A stretch of DNA of 63,954 nucleotides, the filler included, from Lenisia limosa (lineage: Eukaryota > Protista > Breviatea): assembly GCA_001655205.1 (NCBI GenBank). It is 18 parts of 18 records of this genome, joined end to end, with 100 filler letters (N's around TTAATTAATTAA, not from the genome) between each part and the next. Parts side by side here need not be neighbours in the genome. Positions count along the whole stretch, not along the records: positions 1 to 4,808 come from LPNZ01006166.1; positions 4,909 to 13,776 come from LPNZ01005109.1; 16 more parts are not named here. One strand, 5' to 3'. A program made the translations under genes and the position numbers. Positions 1-13,337 of this stretch are shown here, piece after piece. Positions within the stretch are counted from its first letter, which is position 1; each line of letters starts with the position of its first letter. The notes below the pieces were generated by a model. It saw only the letters and a program-made list of their open reading frames with translations, was not told the origin of the DNA and did not search any database.

Positions 1-515
1 GAGGGTAGAGGGAGTGTGTGTTTGAAGAGAGTGTGGATGGTTAATAATAGAGGAAGGAGTCCAGAATAGTCTACAGAATCGCTGTGGATAAAACCAAAGC
101 CTAACCACCTCCAAAAATGATAATACCAAACAAATAAAACCTAATCGCCAACCTCCTCATATCTTCAGCTATCTTTCTCTTTTCAATTTACCCACAACTA
201 TCAATCCAAAATTTCTCCACTAGTTTAGCCCCCAAATTTCACGTCCCCTCACTCTCAAATCTCCACAAGGCCAAAATCATATATGATATATAGCAATGAG
301 AAAAAAATATAATAAATATATAAGGTAGTAAGTATCTGGCCGAAGCCATCCACACCCTCACGCTTATAAGAGATACTGGATTTAGTATAATATTAATTCA
401 CCCAATCGTTTGCCTTACAACTCTGTGCACACTATCCTATACTATGTATTATCATATTTGTACTAATATAATTTTGCCGGCCATCCTCACACCCCCAAAT
501 CTCACGTCCACTCAC

Positions 516-3500
516 CCCCAGGATTTTTGGCGTCGCCACTTCCTGGCGATGCATATCAAGCCGTTTCTGCTCCATTGTCGACAGGCCTTCCATTTGCTTC
601 TTCCTCTTTTCCTCCTGTGGAGAGAGGGAGAGGGGGTTATAATCAGGCTAGCTTATTCAAAGATATTTTTTTATTTTTGAATCCTAATACGTATTGTCTC
701 TCTCTGAAAACTGTATAATATTATTTGCTACACTTGTTTTTCTGATATCAAATAGATCTACTATTGTTATGATGTAATAGTTAATAATAAACATAAAAAT
801 AGAAAGAGCAAAAAAGGTAACTCACCTTCATTTCCAACCAGTCCTCATAATCCCTCTTCCGTCTCAGCTCAACACGTGCAAGAAACTCGTCTTTCCGTCT
901 CCCGGATCTCATTTCCATCGCTTCCTAGACGATAAGGCTGGGTTGAAAGAACGATACCAAATTACACACAGTGTCGTGGAGCAAGAAACGGGAGTGGGGA
1001 TGGGGNNNNNNNNNNNNNNNNNNNNNNNNNNNNNNNNNNNNNNNNNNNNNNNNNACCATATTTAAAATTCACGAAAATACTACTGATAAGAAGAACAAAA
1101 CCGCCAATTTTGGAACAATATATTACTAGAATATAATAAAGTAGTCTTGCCATTTCAAATTGAAAAAAAAAAACTTCCGACCACGATAGTGTGTCGATGA
1201 TACATAATACCATTATACCATATATCATATATTTATAGGTATATACAACATCATTATATTTACCAAACTTGCGGATATAATTTCTGTATTTTTGGTGTAT
1301 ATTCACAATTTTTCATATGATGCATATTCACTATAGTTAAACCCTATGAATCATTACAATACACCTCTGCATAAAATGCAAATAATGCTATTCGATGGTA
1401 GAAACGATAAAATAAACTTCAAAAAAGCAATATCTGTTCATCGTGAAATGGAATCACACCAACTACGCAAATCCCCCCTACCCGCATAGCCATGACATAT
1501 GAGGCCGACTCCTTGAAAACATCAGGAACATCCTGGGGTTCCGGGGTGTGTCTTTCAGGCGAGGGGGAGCGCGACATTGAGCGCGCACGCAAACGGCCGA
1601 ATTCGTCAACCATTCCTGGGGGCGGGATTAAAATTGGAAAATTTATGAAATAAAAAAAAGCCCAAATCAACTCAGTTGGCTGACAACACACAAAGGTGGA
1701 GGGGTTGAAAGTTCTATAAAGCTTCGATGAATCGTAAAGCTTTTAAGACAGAATAAAAGTTACCAATACTCCTCCATCTGAAAAGTGAAAATACCTGATC
1801 GATTATTCGCAATTTCCTTCTTTCGTTCATACTCGGCTCTTTTCTGGGCAATTTCCTTTGCCTAGAAGCCATAAGTGGGTGGGGTGTTGACTTATTATGA
1901 TCCCATTACACATATGATATGTCATCGAGCATTTCAATTGCGATCGTATAGCATGCACATCTTAGCGAGTATATAGTATATTATATATTTTATTAGCTTT
2001 ATATGATATACTATAGATAAATGAATAAGATTGTACGTATTATAAATTATATAATCTGTTGATGAAACCTACTTGTTTTACCATGTCCTCTTTCTGCTTG
2101 ATAGCACCTAATGCGGTGGTAGGGTCCTGGAGTATTATATTTTGTTTGAAAGAAAATTGACTCAAAATTTGAGTTTTAAAAATGAAGCAGTCCACCACCA
2201 TATGCAACTTGACAGAATTCTATGTTTTGTGTTAAGAGAAAAACGAAACAAAAAAAAATTAAGCAAGAGAAAAGTGACTAGATATTTCAACTATTCGACC
2301 AAAGCAAGGCATACTACGTGTATTAATTATTATGTTATGTATTTCTTAACCCCAACCCCCAGCCAAATGCCAGCCAACAAATATGTTGAAGGAGAGAGAA
2401 GGGGTATGTTGGAGAAAAAAGAAGAGATATGTTTGAGGTGATAGCAGAGAGACAAGTCAGATATTGAAGGATGCCACAACCCACATTCAGTTTCGACTTT
2501 GGAGCGAAAATGGCCTCAGAATGTTTTCCTCCAGTGTGCAGGGAATGCTTGTGGAATTCGAAGCCAATTCGCTGGTTTTCCAAGGTCGTCTCGTCTTCTT
2601 CTAGAGATAGGGTGAAAAAAGTGGGAAATGTCAATTTTGTAATTCACAAAATTAAAGAGAAGTAGCAAAATAAGAATGGTAATAATAATGCAGTATACTG
2701 CAAATAGATCCTTTATTAAAATTCTCCTCGAGAGGAAGTGAAACAAACATTACTGGCGCCCCAGACCAAAGCTAGTTTCATGAGCGGCAGCGCCACAGTT
2801 GATCATATCCACTGCTGAGGCTGGCGCAGCGTCCTCTCCCAACCCCATTAACATGTACTGGTTCTTTGATCCTGAAAGGTGCGTAAAAACGGAAATGGGG
2901 ATGGATGAAAGTTATTTTAATAATATATAAATGACGGTCACTGTTATGATATGTTAAACTTGATTCTATTAGACGAGGTGGTGCGGTCACATCTTGATTT
3001 GTTATGTTAATATTTGTTTTCGCCTCAATTTTTAATGTAGAATAATCGATCAAGACTTGCTGTTCGTAGATGACCAACTAAAAAATATCTTCTATATCAT
3101 CCAAAATAGCTTCGGAATCATTTTGACCCCAAAATACCTTAATTTTGACCAATCCGAAATAATTAACACCTCAAATACCTTCAACAGCCTTGTCAACAAA
3201 GCCCTTGCGTCGCACGGCAGGTGCCATGCTATCCTCAACATAAGTGCTCCGGAGGTCATTGGGGGCGTACATGCGTTCCGGGACCTGGGTTTCTCCTTTG
3301 CGGAACCCAGATGTTTCTATTTCGATAATATCAACAGACATTAAAGAGAGCCCTCACATCCCAATTAAGCAACACTATTCAATATTAGTAATAATTATAT
3401 TCAACAGCCATTCCAGAGCCCAAATATCAAAACCAAGTACATCCAACTCTGTTGCTATCTTGTTGAAACAATATGATATGATACGTTATTTTCTTATTTA

Positions 3501-4462
3501 AATCATAAGATCTCTTAGAGTAAACACACAATGGTAAGTAGTTCAGTTGAACAATAAGAGGAAAATGACATAATATGTGTCCCATTTAGAAACCAAAACT
3601 ACTGAAGCCCCTCCCCCCAACCATGACAACCTTGAATGATCCTGGTCTTAGCCTTGAGCTTCTCCACTGCAGTCTTTGGTGTAAAAAAAGTTAAAAGCCC
3701 GAGAAAAGTTGACATGTTCCATTTCAACGAACCCAGAGTAAATAATATTATAAAAGACTATCGCTGACACGAAAAGTCGTGACATGGATCGGGCTTTATC
3801 TTTAGTCAATTGCGTCAAGACTTATCGCAGTCGTGGTATGATACGATATAAATACTGAATGTTCATGAAGGTATAGCATATCATAAAGTGACCGTGGCAT
3901 AGACGCCTTGAAAACCATCTCACCATTTGGTCATACCCAGGAATGATACTAGTATCGAACCCCTCTGAGAGTTTTGATTGCATTTGGCTGCTTAATTTAG
4001 CCATTCCATCTGTTGCGTTTACCTGAGAGGGTTATTTGTATTTCCACAGATGGTATGATCATATGACATACGTGAGTAGTAGATAGCACGAGGATTCACC
4101 TCAAGTGTATCAGAGTATCATTGAGCCTTGTGGCCAACTATCACAAGGTATCATGGAATTGCGTAAAAATGTTAGTTCACGCATTTGACAACAAAATAGA
4201 TCTGATTATGGTATTGGACAACGACAATGTGGAAAAGAGAAAAGTCTTAAGTGAACAAAATAAGGCCAACAATAAAATCCCAAGTGAAAAAAGAAACTCC
4301 CAGAACACAAACACCATACTTTTCTGAAGCCCAAGCCGGAACCACGGGGTTGTCTTTCACTGACCAGTAAGTATCCACAATCATGACAGTAAAAAAAAAT
4401 ACACAGGCTGTGGCAAGACTTGACCGCTTTTCTGAAGAAAAATCGGAATCATGAACACTAAA
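516..4462 (-). CDS. Multi-exon hypothetical charged/coiled-coil protein (partial)
   Basis: Mostly phase-compatible GT-AG exons on minus, e.g. TSGFRKGETQVPERMY...AVEG|SKNQYMLMG..., AKEIAQKRAEYERKKEIANNRS|GMVDEFGRLRARSMSRSPSPER...VMAMR|EAMEMRSGRRKDEFLARVELRRKRDYEDWLEMK|EEKRKKQMEGLSTMEQKRLDMHRQE. No family recognised. Confidence 0.65.
1628..1710 (-). repeat. Intron-3'-end element, module A
   Basis: ...GTTGTCAGCCAACTGAGTTGATTTGGGC(T)nATTTCATAAATTTTCCAATTTTAAT then CCCGCCCCCAG| exon. Confidence 0.85.
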
Positions 4463-4908
4463 AATACACACTTAGCTGAGGTAGAATATGAGGAGGGTAC
4501 ACAAGGGTGGAATTTCGCTCTGTTTTCAGAGAGATCTTGGATGTTGGTTGTTGCAATTTTGCTTTGTGGTATCCCTATGTATTATTTATTTTGTACCCCA
4601 ATTGCGTTTATAATTCGGACCTTTGTCTATAGTCACGAGACCTGTCATCATAGCGAGATTCGTGACGCCTTTCATCCCGTCGGCTTCGACTATCATGCTC
4701 GCGTCTGTCATATTAAGGGCTACTCTTGATCATTTATTATACATAATTTGATATAGGTGGAGGCACATGAGTGTGGGCACCCACATGAGTGTGGGCACTT
4801 TTTCATTTNNNNNNNNNNNNNNNNNNNNNNNNNNNNNNNNNNNNNNNNNNNNTTAATTAATTAANNNNNNNNNNNNNNNNNNNNNNNNNNNNNNNNNNNN
4901 NNNNNNNN

Positions 4909-4999
4909 TGCCTTCTTGAAGGTGTTAAGGAACAGGGCGTCACGGGCAGAGGATCGGACAATGTCCACAATACGGCCTTCGGGGTACCTCATCGCCATT
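4909..4999 (-). CDS. Possible first coding exon (MAMRYPEGRIVDIVRSSARDALFLNTFKKA), cut by spacer
   Basis: GC-richer, coding-like stretch starting at an ATG. Function not recognised. Confidence 0.35.
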
Positions 5000-5179
5000 A
5001 TTCTGTTCTACGAGGTTTGTTAGAGCGGGCACGGAAGCATAGTAATTTGTCTTTACTACTGGCATCAATGTATTAATTGGGTTAATTTATATGATAAATA
5101 TTATTTCTTGTTTCAAAAACAAGTTATTTGATTATAAAGGCTGGATTCCAATTAACTCTAAGTAATATAGATAAATGAA

Positions 5180-5255
5180 CAGTGACCGGGATGCGCCTTG
5201 CGATTTTTCTTGGTAAATTACAGAGCAAATCGGTCAAGACTTATCCAAGTAACTA
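5180..5255. mobile_element. Small CAGTG-ended TIR element (family T)
   Basis: CAGTGACCGGGAT...AGCAAATCGGTCAAGACTTATCC. Related copy at 13494-13560; single arms at 3809-3832, 57958-57991 and 58434-58463. Confidence 0.65.
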
Positions 5256-6597
5256 TATGTAGTACATCGATATATCCAAAACCTGGCATTTAAAAAGATG
5301 AAGCAAAAGCAAACACATCAACTTAAAAACATAAAGAGTATGACTGCTTTTTCATACAAAATTCCTTTGCCTTAAAACTCCATAATAACAGAATATTAAT
5401 TCATATCTACGAAGTATGCAGGCATATATATTAGTATACAGTATACATATATAGATATATATATACATGTATATATTTGTTAAAATAAGAATACACATAC
5501 CCCTTAGTGTAGAAAGCAATTCCAATAAATTCCTCGCTTACCCGCAAAATTGAGAGGGGAGAAGACTAATTACCTCAAAGTGGTCGAAGGGTCAAGGGTT
5601 TTTCCTGTCTATTTTTTTTTTGTCACTCACATATGGCATGCATGTCACACACACACATGAAAATCAANNNNNNNNNNNNNNNNNNNNNNNNNNNNNNNNN
5701 NNNNNNNNNNNNNNNNNNNNNNNNNNNNNNNNNNNNNNNNNNNNNNNNNNNACACACACACCGTAGTAAAATCTGTAGCATATTCATCCAAAATTGTCTG
5801 TAGTAGATAGATATCTGGCTCATTTTTGCTAAGTTCGGAATCGGAGAATCCGTAGCGGTAAAGATGGCGTGGACGGCTGTTTTGATTTCTCATCTCTGCA
5901 GCATAGAATGGTGCCAACACCTGCCCCCACCCTCATTGAAGAGGAAAAACTGGTGGTGGAGTCGTATTTATTGACTTCACTGCTAGACTATTTGCCATAT
6001 TTGGGATATCAATTGCTTTTCAAAATGCGAAGGTTCCTAATAAGGGACCTTGATGAGGTTGAGAATGAAATCAAGAGTGAAGATGACGACAGTAACGATG
6101 ACTATAATAGTGATTGTGATGAAAACAAGAGTGTTGAAGATACCCCACTCCTGTTATCTTCTATCCAATTCATTCCTTCACGAATAGCTTTACCGAATAT
6201 GTTATGTTCCTTCTCTTTGGACTGTTTATACTTTCGCAAATGACTAATCATGAAGATAAAAGCAATGAAGGTGAAGAGGACAAAGATGAAGTGACGAAGA
6301 GGAAGACGAGTGTCCTTATGATACTCTAGGTAATGGCTGGGGTTTTCATGAGATTATTTGTGATTCTTTGGAAAAGACAGTTTATGATACAAAACAAGTA
6401 AATATATATTCTAAAAACCAAGAGTTTCCACTTATTCATTTCGCCATTCTGTAATAGTTTGTTGATTCCTATTTACCGCACCACACCTCTCACAAAATCA
6501 ACCTAATACTCACTTGTGACAATATTTGTACTAATGGGATTTGTCCCCAAGAAACACATTGATATATTTCTCATTTCTGCGTTCTATCTCTCACACA

Positions 6598-6693
6598 TAG
6601 AGCTTCACTTGGTTAAAAAGACTGAATTTCCTGATAAATCCTCGAAAACTATAGATAATTTACCGATCTTTTTCAAAACGAAGTGAAGACCTA
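6598..6693. mobile_element. ~100-bp MITE (family M)
   Basis: Degenerate TAGGGCTTCACTTCGGTT ... AACCGAAGTGAAGCCCTA ends with the core AAGACTGAATTTCTCGATAAATCCTCGAAAA. Confidence 0.8.
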
Positions 6694-6739
6694 CACACAT
6701 AACAGAAAACTCTTTCAACATCATACGCCTCACGTGGCA

Positions 6740-7030
6740 GGTAGGGCATTACTAGAGGCTGAAGCCGAAGGCGACTACCATCCAGCTTAGAAAGCCTTGG
6801 ATAAAGGTACCGGTTAACGTAATCCCTGCTTACCTTAATCACGTTTTTAGGATGAACCCTCTTTACACAGGCGTTAGACAAGGGTCACGTTGAAATGGCT
6901 AGATTGCTTGTGGAATCCGGCTGCAACACTGAACTGGACATCAACTTGAGAAGAGCATTCGGTCTCGACAGTTTCCAAGATAACGGCGATCTCATCGACA
7001 CCATTCAGCTTCTGGCAGATCTTCACGTTC
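6740..7030 (+). pseudogene. Ankyrin-repeat gene fragment, apparently disrupted
   Basis: ALDKGHVEMARLLVESGCN is an ankyrin consensus. The preceding MNPLYT is one base out of frame, and the upstream exon has an in-frame TAG (HPA*KALDK). An acidic ORF at 5869-6243 may belong to the same gene. Confidence 0.5.
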
Positions 7031-7561
7031 TCCTGTTTTTGTTGTTTTCCCAGTCAGACTACTGCAAAAAAGCAAAATTTATTATTTCTCCCCAGAATAA
7101 CGACGACTCCTACCACTACGACCCCTACCACCACATATAGTCCGTGATATGACAAAAACAACTTTCATATTTGTAACAGTCATTTTCTGAAATGATGCTC
7201 CTTCATCCTCCAAATTGTTTAGTCTGACCAAGATCAATCAAGACTTCCAGCTGGTCAAATAAGGGGACGACAATACGTTGATTGGAGATGTAAATTTAAT
7301 ATTGTTGGGTTTTATTTAATTATTTATCCTGTTTCAGAGAAATACATGAATTAATACTTCCACCTTTTTTGAAAGAGAAGGACGTTCAAAAAAGCCCGAA
7401 AATATCGAGAAATTCAGTCTTTTTTTGAACCGAAGTGTAAAACTTTTATTGTGGGAGGATTCTTTTTAGGAAGAGTAGGAAGGCAACTTTTGTATGGATG
7501 CCAAATAGGTCCCAACCCCAGACCCGCCATAAGGCTCCCTTCAGAGAGCGCCAGGAGGGGG

Positions 7562-7630
7562 GGAGTACAATTGGAAAATTGATGAAACAAAAAACCCCCA
7601 AAAAATCAACTCTGTTGGCTGACAACAAGG
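7562..7630 (-). repeat. Intron-3'-end element, module A
   Basis: TTGTCAGCCAACAGAGTTGATT...TTTCATCAATTTTCCAATTGTAC followed by a C-run. Host exon not established. Confidence 0.75.
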
Positions 7631-7859
7631 GNNNNNNNNNNNNNNNNNNNNNNNNNNNNNNNNNNNNNNNNNNNNNNNNNNNNNNNNNNNNNNNNNNNNN
7701 NNNNNNNNNNNNNNNNNNNNNNNNNNNNNNNNNNNNNNNNNNNNNNNNNNNNNNNNNNNNNNNNNNNNNNNNNNNNNNNNNNNNTCGGATGACCCAAGTA
7801 GCAGTCAGTGGTGGTCAAAGGACCTCCCAGAGAAAGATTGGATTGTGGAAGAATGTGAA

Positions 7860-10800
7860 AGAAGAAGAAGTTGGCAAAAAATTGATCTTCACGGGATTTT
7901 TCAGCCTTCAGAGTCGCAAAAAGCAGTTGAACACCCAGCAGTTCGAACGTCTAAAATAATGAAGGAGGCTTTGTGAAAACATGCAAACTTGGAAAAGGGA
8001 TTTGTTCAAAGGAAAGAATGGATGGAAAGAGATATCTTCATTGGATAAACCACATAAGACAAATGCCTCGAAGTCATCATCACAAACAAGGGGCGAAAAA
8101 AATCATCCTTCATACCATTTACGTGAGGAGAAGGGGGACAAGCAGCGCAAGGCACCTTCATGATGAATCTAAAAGAATAAGAAATGCTACCACAAGTTGC
8201 GTTATAAGGAAAGAAGAAGGCATCAGAAGTCGGCAAAAAATTGGTCTTCACGGGTTAAATCAAGACAGTGAACCAGAAGTTCAGTTCTCATCAGAACCTT
8301 AGTATAATTACAATATAGTGCCTCTTCTCACCTCTGTTTCTCCCGTATCCGAGTTGGACAAAAAACAATTGAACACCCAGCAGTTCGAATGTCTAAAATA
8401 ATAAAGGAGGCTTGGTGAAAACATCCAACATGGGACAAGAAGTTGTTCAAAGAAAAGAATGGATGGAAAGAGATATCTTCATTGGATAAACCACATAAGA
8501 CAAATGCCTCGAANNNNNNNNNNATAACGTATTCCCTTCATACCTTTAGGATGACAATCGGAGGAAGGGGTCTCTGGACATGTCCTTTAGTACTGGAAGA
8601 ATTAGAAATGTTGAACACAAACTATTTCAAAAGGAAAGAAAGAGGCATCAGAAGTCGGCAAAAAATTGGTCTTCACGGGTTAAATCAAAGACAGTGAACC
8701 AGAAGTTCAGTTCTCATCAGAGCCCAAAGATTAACAAAAAAAAAAAAATCCACAGATTCCTCCCGACCTATTCTCAATATTGGCTAAGCAAGTTGTAACT
8801 CTTCTCCGGTTCGAACGTCTAAAATTATGAGAGAAGGGAGTGGTGGAAACATCCAATGTGAATGAAGAGATTGTTCAAAGGAAAGAATGGATGGAAAGAG
8901 ATATCTTCATTGGATAAACCACATAAGACANNNNNNNNNNCCGTTATCCCTCCATACCTTAGTATAAAATCAGAGGAAGGAGGGGACTCTGGACATGTCC
9001 ATTTGTCTACTGGAAGAATTAGAAATGATAAACAATAAAGTAATTCAAAAGGAAAGAAGAAGGCATCAGAAGTCGGCAAAAAATTGGTCTTCACGGGTTA
9101 AATCAAAGACAGTAAACCAGAAGTTCAGTTCTCATCAGAACCTTTGGAAAAAAACACCCACGGAACCCCTTCCCACATTCTCTCAAACTTGACAATCAAG
9201 CAATATCTTTTTGCACAGTCATAACGTCTAAAACTGTGAGATAGTACTTGGTGAAAACATCTTACATGAGACAAGAGAATGTTCAAAGGAAAGAATGGAT
9301 GGAAAGAGATATCTTCATTGGATAAACCACATAAGACAAATGCCTCGAAGTCATCATCACAAACAAGGGGCGAAAAAAAAGTCCTCGCTTCATACCTTTA
9401 TTACGACAACAATGCTATGCTTAAACGTAGTGTAACGTACAGGTGCTGTGGAAATTAGGGACGACAACAGAAAGGAAGGTCAAAAAAAGGCTAATTGAAT
9501 CAGGGTATAAGATGTTAAGTTATCTACACTCTGTGAGTTCAGTTGAACTATGCAAACATCACATTCACTATGAATCATCAAAATGAAAATCCCAATCACC
9601 TGATCACATCAGACACAATAAAGGGGTCACAGTTCCGGGGATTTTGCCAATATTGTCTGTCAGCGTTCATGACGATGGGAGTAGAATACGACCTAGGGGT
9701 CGTCAGAAAGACAAGAGAAAGGTGAAATATAAAGGAAAGAAGTCGGCATCAGAAGTCGGCAAAAAATTGGTCTTCACGGGTTAAATCAAAGACAGTGAAC
9801 CAGAAGTTCAGTTCTCATCAGAGCCTCATATGGAGGAAGGAGACGGGAGAATCATACTTTTTGAAAGGCGGTACTTCGGCCTGTGTGGAAGCGCCACTCT
9901 GAAGGACACAGGGGAGAAAAGCCTTTCGATGCGTGTAGTGACGTTCTAAAGAGTTAGAGAAGGTGGGCAATTGGTTTTAAAACGGGGAAAGAAGATGTTC
10001 AGTTTAAACTCATAAGAGGGTTCCTCAAATGTAATCAGAAGCAGAACTGTTTTTAGGCATCATAACAAAGAAGTCAGCAATTGTTAGGCAGCAACATACC
10101 TTGAATGAATCAAAAGTTGAAAAGAAGTGATCTCCTAATGAAAAGCGCCAGGACTACCTGGAGGGCACAGGGTAGAAAAGGGCTTGATGCAACAGTGACA
10201 TTCTAAAGAGTTAGAGAAGTTACACAATTGATATAAAACGGGGAAAGAAGATGTTCAGTTTAAACTCATAAGAGGGTTCCTCAAATATAATCAGAAGCAG
10301 AACTGTTTTTAGGCATCATAACAAAGAAGTCAGCAATTGTTAAGCAGCAACATACCTTGACTGAATCAAAAGTTGAACAGAAGAGGTCTCCTTGATCTAC
10401 AAAAAGTAAGAATTGGAAAAGAAAATGTAAGGGAAATGTTAATGTTGGTGATTCAGTTTAAACTCATAAGAGGGTTCCTCAAATGTAATCAGAAGCAGAA
10501 CTGTTTTAGGCATCATTATCAGAAGGAAATAGATGATAATTAGTACTTCACCTAAATAAATCCTCGAAAAATAATCGATTGTTAAAAGATCTTTTATCGA
10601 AGAGGAGTGAAGCCAAAACGAATGCTGAGAACACAAACCTTTTGAAAATGCACGTCTGGACTGTGCCTTGAGGCACGTCATAGAACGTCAATATACCTAA
10701 AGAGGTTAAGAAAGGCAAGAGGAGAGGGGGTTGAAAAAGCAAAGGAATGATCAGACGGAATCTGGCTTAGATGAGGTAAACACCATCGTAACAGTGAATA

Positions 10801-12330
10801 CCCTCCCGAAAGTAATCTTGGTCGTCATACGGGGAAAGAATGTACATCATATCATTGAGAAGAAAGGCAGATAACTCTCAGCTTACCCGAAAGAAAAAAA
10901 CGACTTCGCAACCGTGAGAGTTTCAGGAGCTGACACTCGAAAATCTTCCTTGTATCATGTTAAGGGGATTCTGAATGGTCGTAGCCCCTGAAGGGTGCAG
11001 GCTAAGGGAGTTAGAGAAACAGAAGGCGGGGGGATGACGAAGAAAGAATAATTGATTCAGTTTAAACTCATAAGAGGGTTCCTCAAATGTAATCAGAAGC
11101 AGAACTGTTTTTAGGCATCATTACGATGGAAAGTGACTTTTCTGGATGACCGCTTGCTTACCTGCGAAAGGTGCGTGGAGCAGTATGTTTCAGCGCAAAC
11201 ACCAGGTACCTGAATGGTGAGAATTGAAACTCAGACTAAGAGGCTTTAATAATGAAAATGATCAGACGGAATCTGGCTTAGATGAGGTAAACAACACCAT
11301 CGTAACAGTGAATACCCTCCCGAAAGTAATCTTGGTCGTCATACGGGGAAAGAATGTACATCATGTCATTGAGAAGGGGATTTGTAGAATATCAAGCATA
11401 CCTACAAGCTCATCTCGGGAATGGAGTGAGTTCTTTGGGGCTGGTGCACTTATCTTGCCACGAGAGTTTTCTAAACGAGTTATAACGGGAGACAAAAATG
11501 ATCAAAAAGAATAGGCGAAAGTGATTCAGTTAAATCTCATAAGAGGGTTCCTCAAATATAATCAGAAGCAGAACTGTTTTTAGGCATCATTACCAATCAC
11601 TAACCACTTATATTCGACCAACATACCATAGAGGGGAGGGTATCACCAAGGCATAAGGAATGATGATGTCATGCTGAAGGTGAGAACTGAATCTCGAATT
11701 AAGAGGCTTGAATAATGAAAATGATCAGACGAAATCTGGCTTAGATGAGGTAAACACCATCTTAACAGTGAATACCCTCCCGAAAGTAATCTTGGTCGTC
11801 ATACGGGGAAAGAATGTACATCATATCATGGAGAATAAACAGGATTTTGCTCTTGAACATACCTGAATTTGGAGTGGAGACACAAAATGGGTTCAATTGC
11901 TGCTCGACGCCGTTGTTCCAAGACTGGGGGGTTAGACGGGAAGAAAGAGAAGTAAAAAATGGCAATACGAGTGTGCTCTGTGTGTAAAACCAATCCTCAT
12001 GTATAAAATAGGACTGGGGCGGCAGATTTTATCTATCATTGCAAATAAGCATTTAAGTTTTAGTATTAAAAAGGGCCCACCATTTAGATTGGAACGGTGA
12101 TGAAATCGGAAAATCTTGAGTTTCCTTGGAGGGGTTCGCAGAGAGATTTCAAGTCTGAATAATGAGTTGCAGTTCAACTGATAAGCAGAATCGGAAAAAT
12201 TTTGTGCTCTGTGTGTAAAACCAATCCTCATGTATAAAATAGGACTGGGGCGGCAGATTTTATCTATCATTGCAAAGATAAGCGATAAATCAAAGGCAAC
12301 AAACCGAATCAAGTGGGGATCCTCTGTCAA
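7860..12330. repeat. Mosaic degenerate tandem/segmental repeat block
   Basis: Near-identical modules recur: GGATGGAAAGAGATATCTTCATTGGATAAACCACATAAGAC x4 (~8020, 8460, 8890, 9297); GGCATCAGAAGTCGGCAAAAAATTGGTCTTCACGGGTTAAATC x4 (~8219, 8644, 9061, 9746); AACTCATAAGAGGGTTCCTCAAATGTAATCAGAAGCAG x5 (~10007, 10263, 10461, 11065, 11535); TCAGACGGAATCTGGCTTAGATGAGG x3; a ~75-bp GTGCTCTGTGTGTAAAACC unit x2. Confidence 0.9.
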
Positions 12331-13337
12331 CTATGAAGAATTGGAAAGGGGTTCGAGATATGGCAAGTATCTTCAAAATTGACTCCAGAGAGGAGATGGA
12401 AGAGATGACAGCGTGCTGGAGGAGTGAGAGAGTGAGGGGAAATAATCAAAACAGGGAATGGGAATCATAAAAGACTCAGATTCCCGGTAAAACTGTCTTC
12501 ACTCTTGTTAGCAAGCATAAAACTTGCCCTACCAAGTTAGAAGTATCTGTTAAATCATCAATGTCCAAACAGAGCACCCCAATGCTCATTAAAACTAACA
12601 TGAAACACTGCTTTAGGGTCAACAGGGAAGCTCACAGGGTTTTTGACCAAACGCATGACATCTTTGAAACGGCCTTGTCCCTGATTTGGCCTCACCAACA
12701 ATCTATAACAGTCAAAAAATGTTTAATAACGAGAAGTACTTGATTCAACGAGGTAACTGGAGGGATTCCCTGAAAAAAATAGAATAACGTCTCACCTCAA
12801 TGGTGTATTGGATGTAGGAATTCACGAATTACATTAGTTCAGGTTCAAGGAACCAAAAAAAAGAAAGTTTTCAAAAAAATATTATTTTAAATACTATTCT
12901 AATTTCGTACATCACGTGCAACTGTGATTCCATCCATCCAGGTATATCATCTCTATCATCTTTTCCTTTGTTGTGTTTTGCTACCTTTGTGCAACCTTGA
13001 TCACCACATCAAAGAAGAAGATGATGATTGACTACGCAGAGTTCCTTCAACTGACCTCAAGGCTACTGAAGAGTCTTTCAGGTCAGCTTAAGATCTATCA
13101 GATCATGCCTGTCCTTTGATGGCGTCTGTCTCTGTCGCTTTCACGTCATTCTCCCTTTTTAGGAAAGTCTTCAACTGGACTTTTACAAGCTATGGCCCCG
13201 CCTACACCGCTTTATCAGTTGTATCCGGCCTAAGTGAGAGATATTATGTCATTTGCCATAACAATGATCCATGAAAAATAGAAGAGGAAGAGAGATAACC
13301 ACACTAAGCCATATCAGCCATGAATAATAAACCTGGT

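Noticed and set aside
7860-12330. CRISPR-like repeat-spacer array
   Set aside because: Eukaryotic context, repeats of 60-120 bp, irregular and mutually similar spacers, no cas genes.
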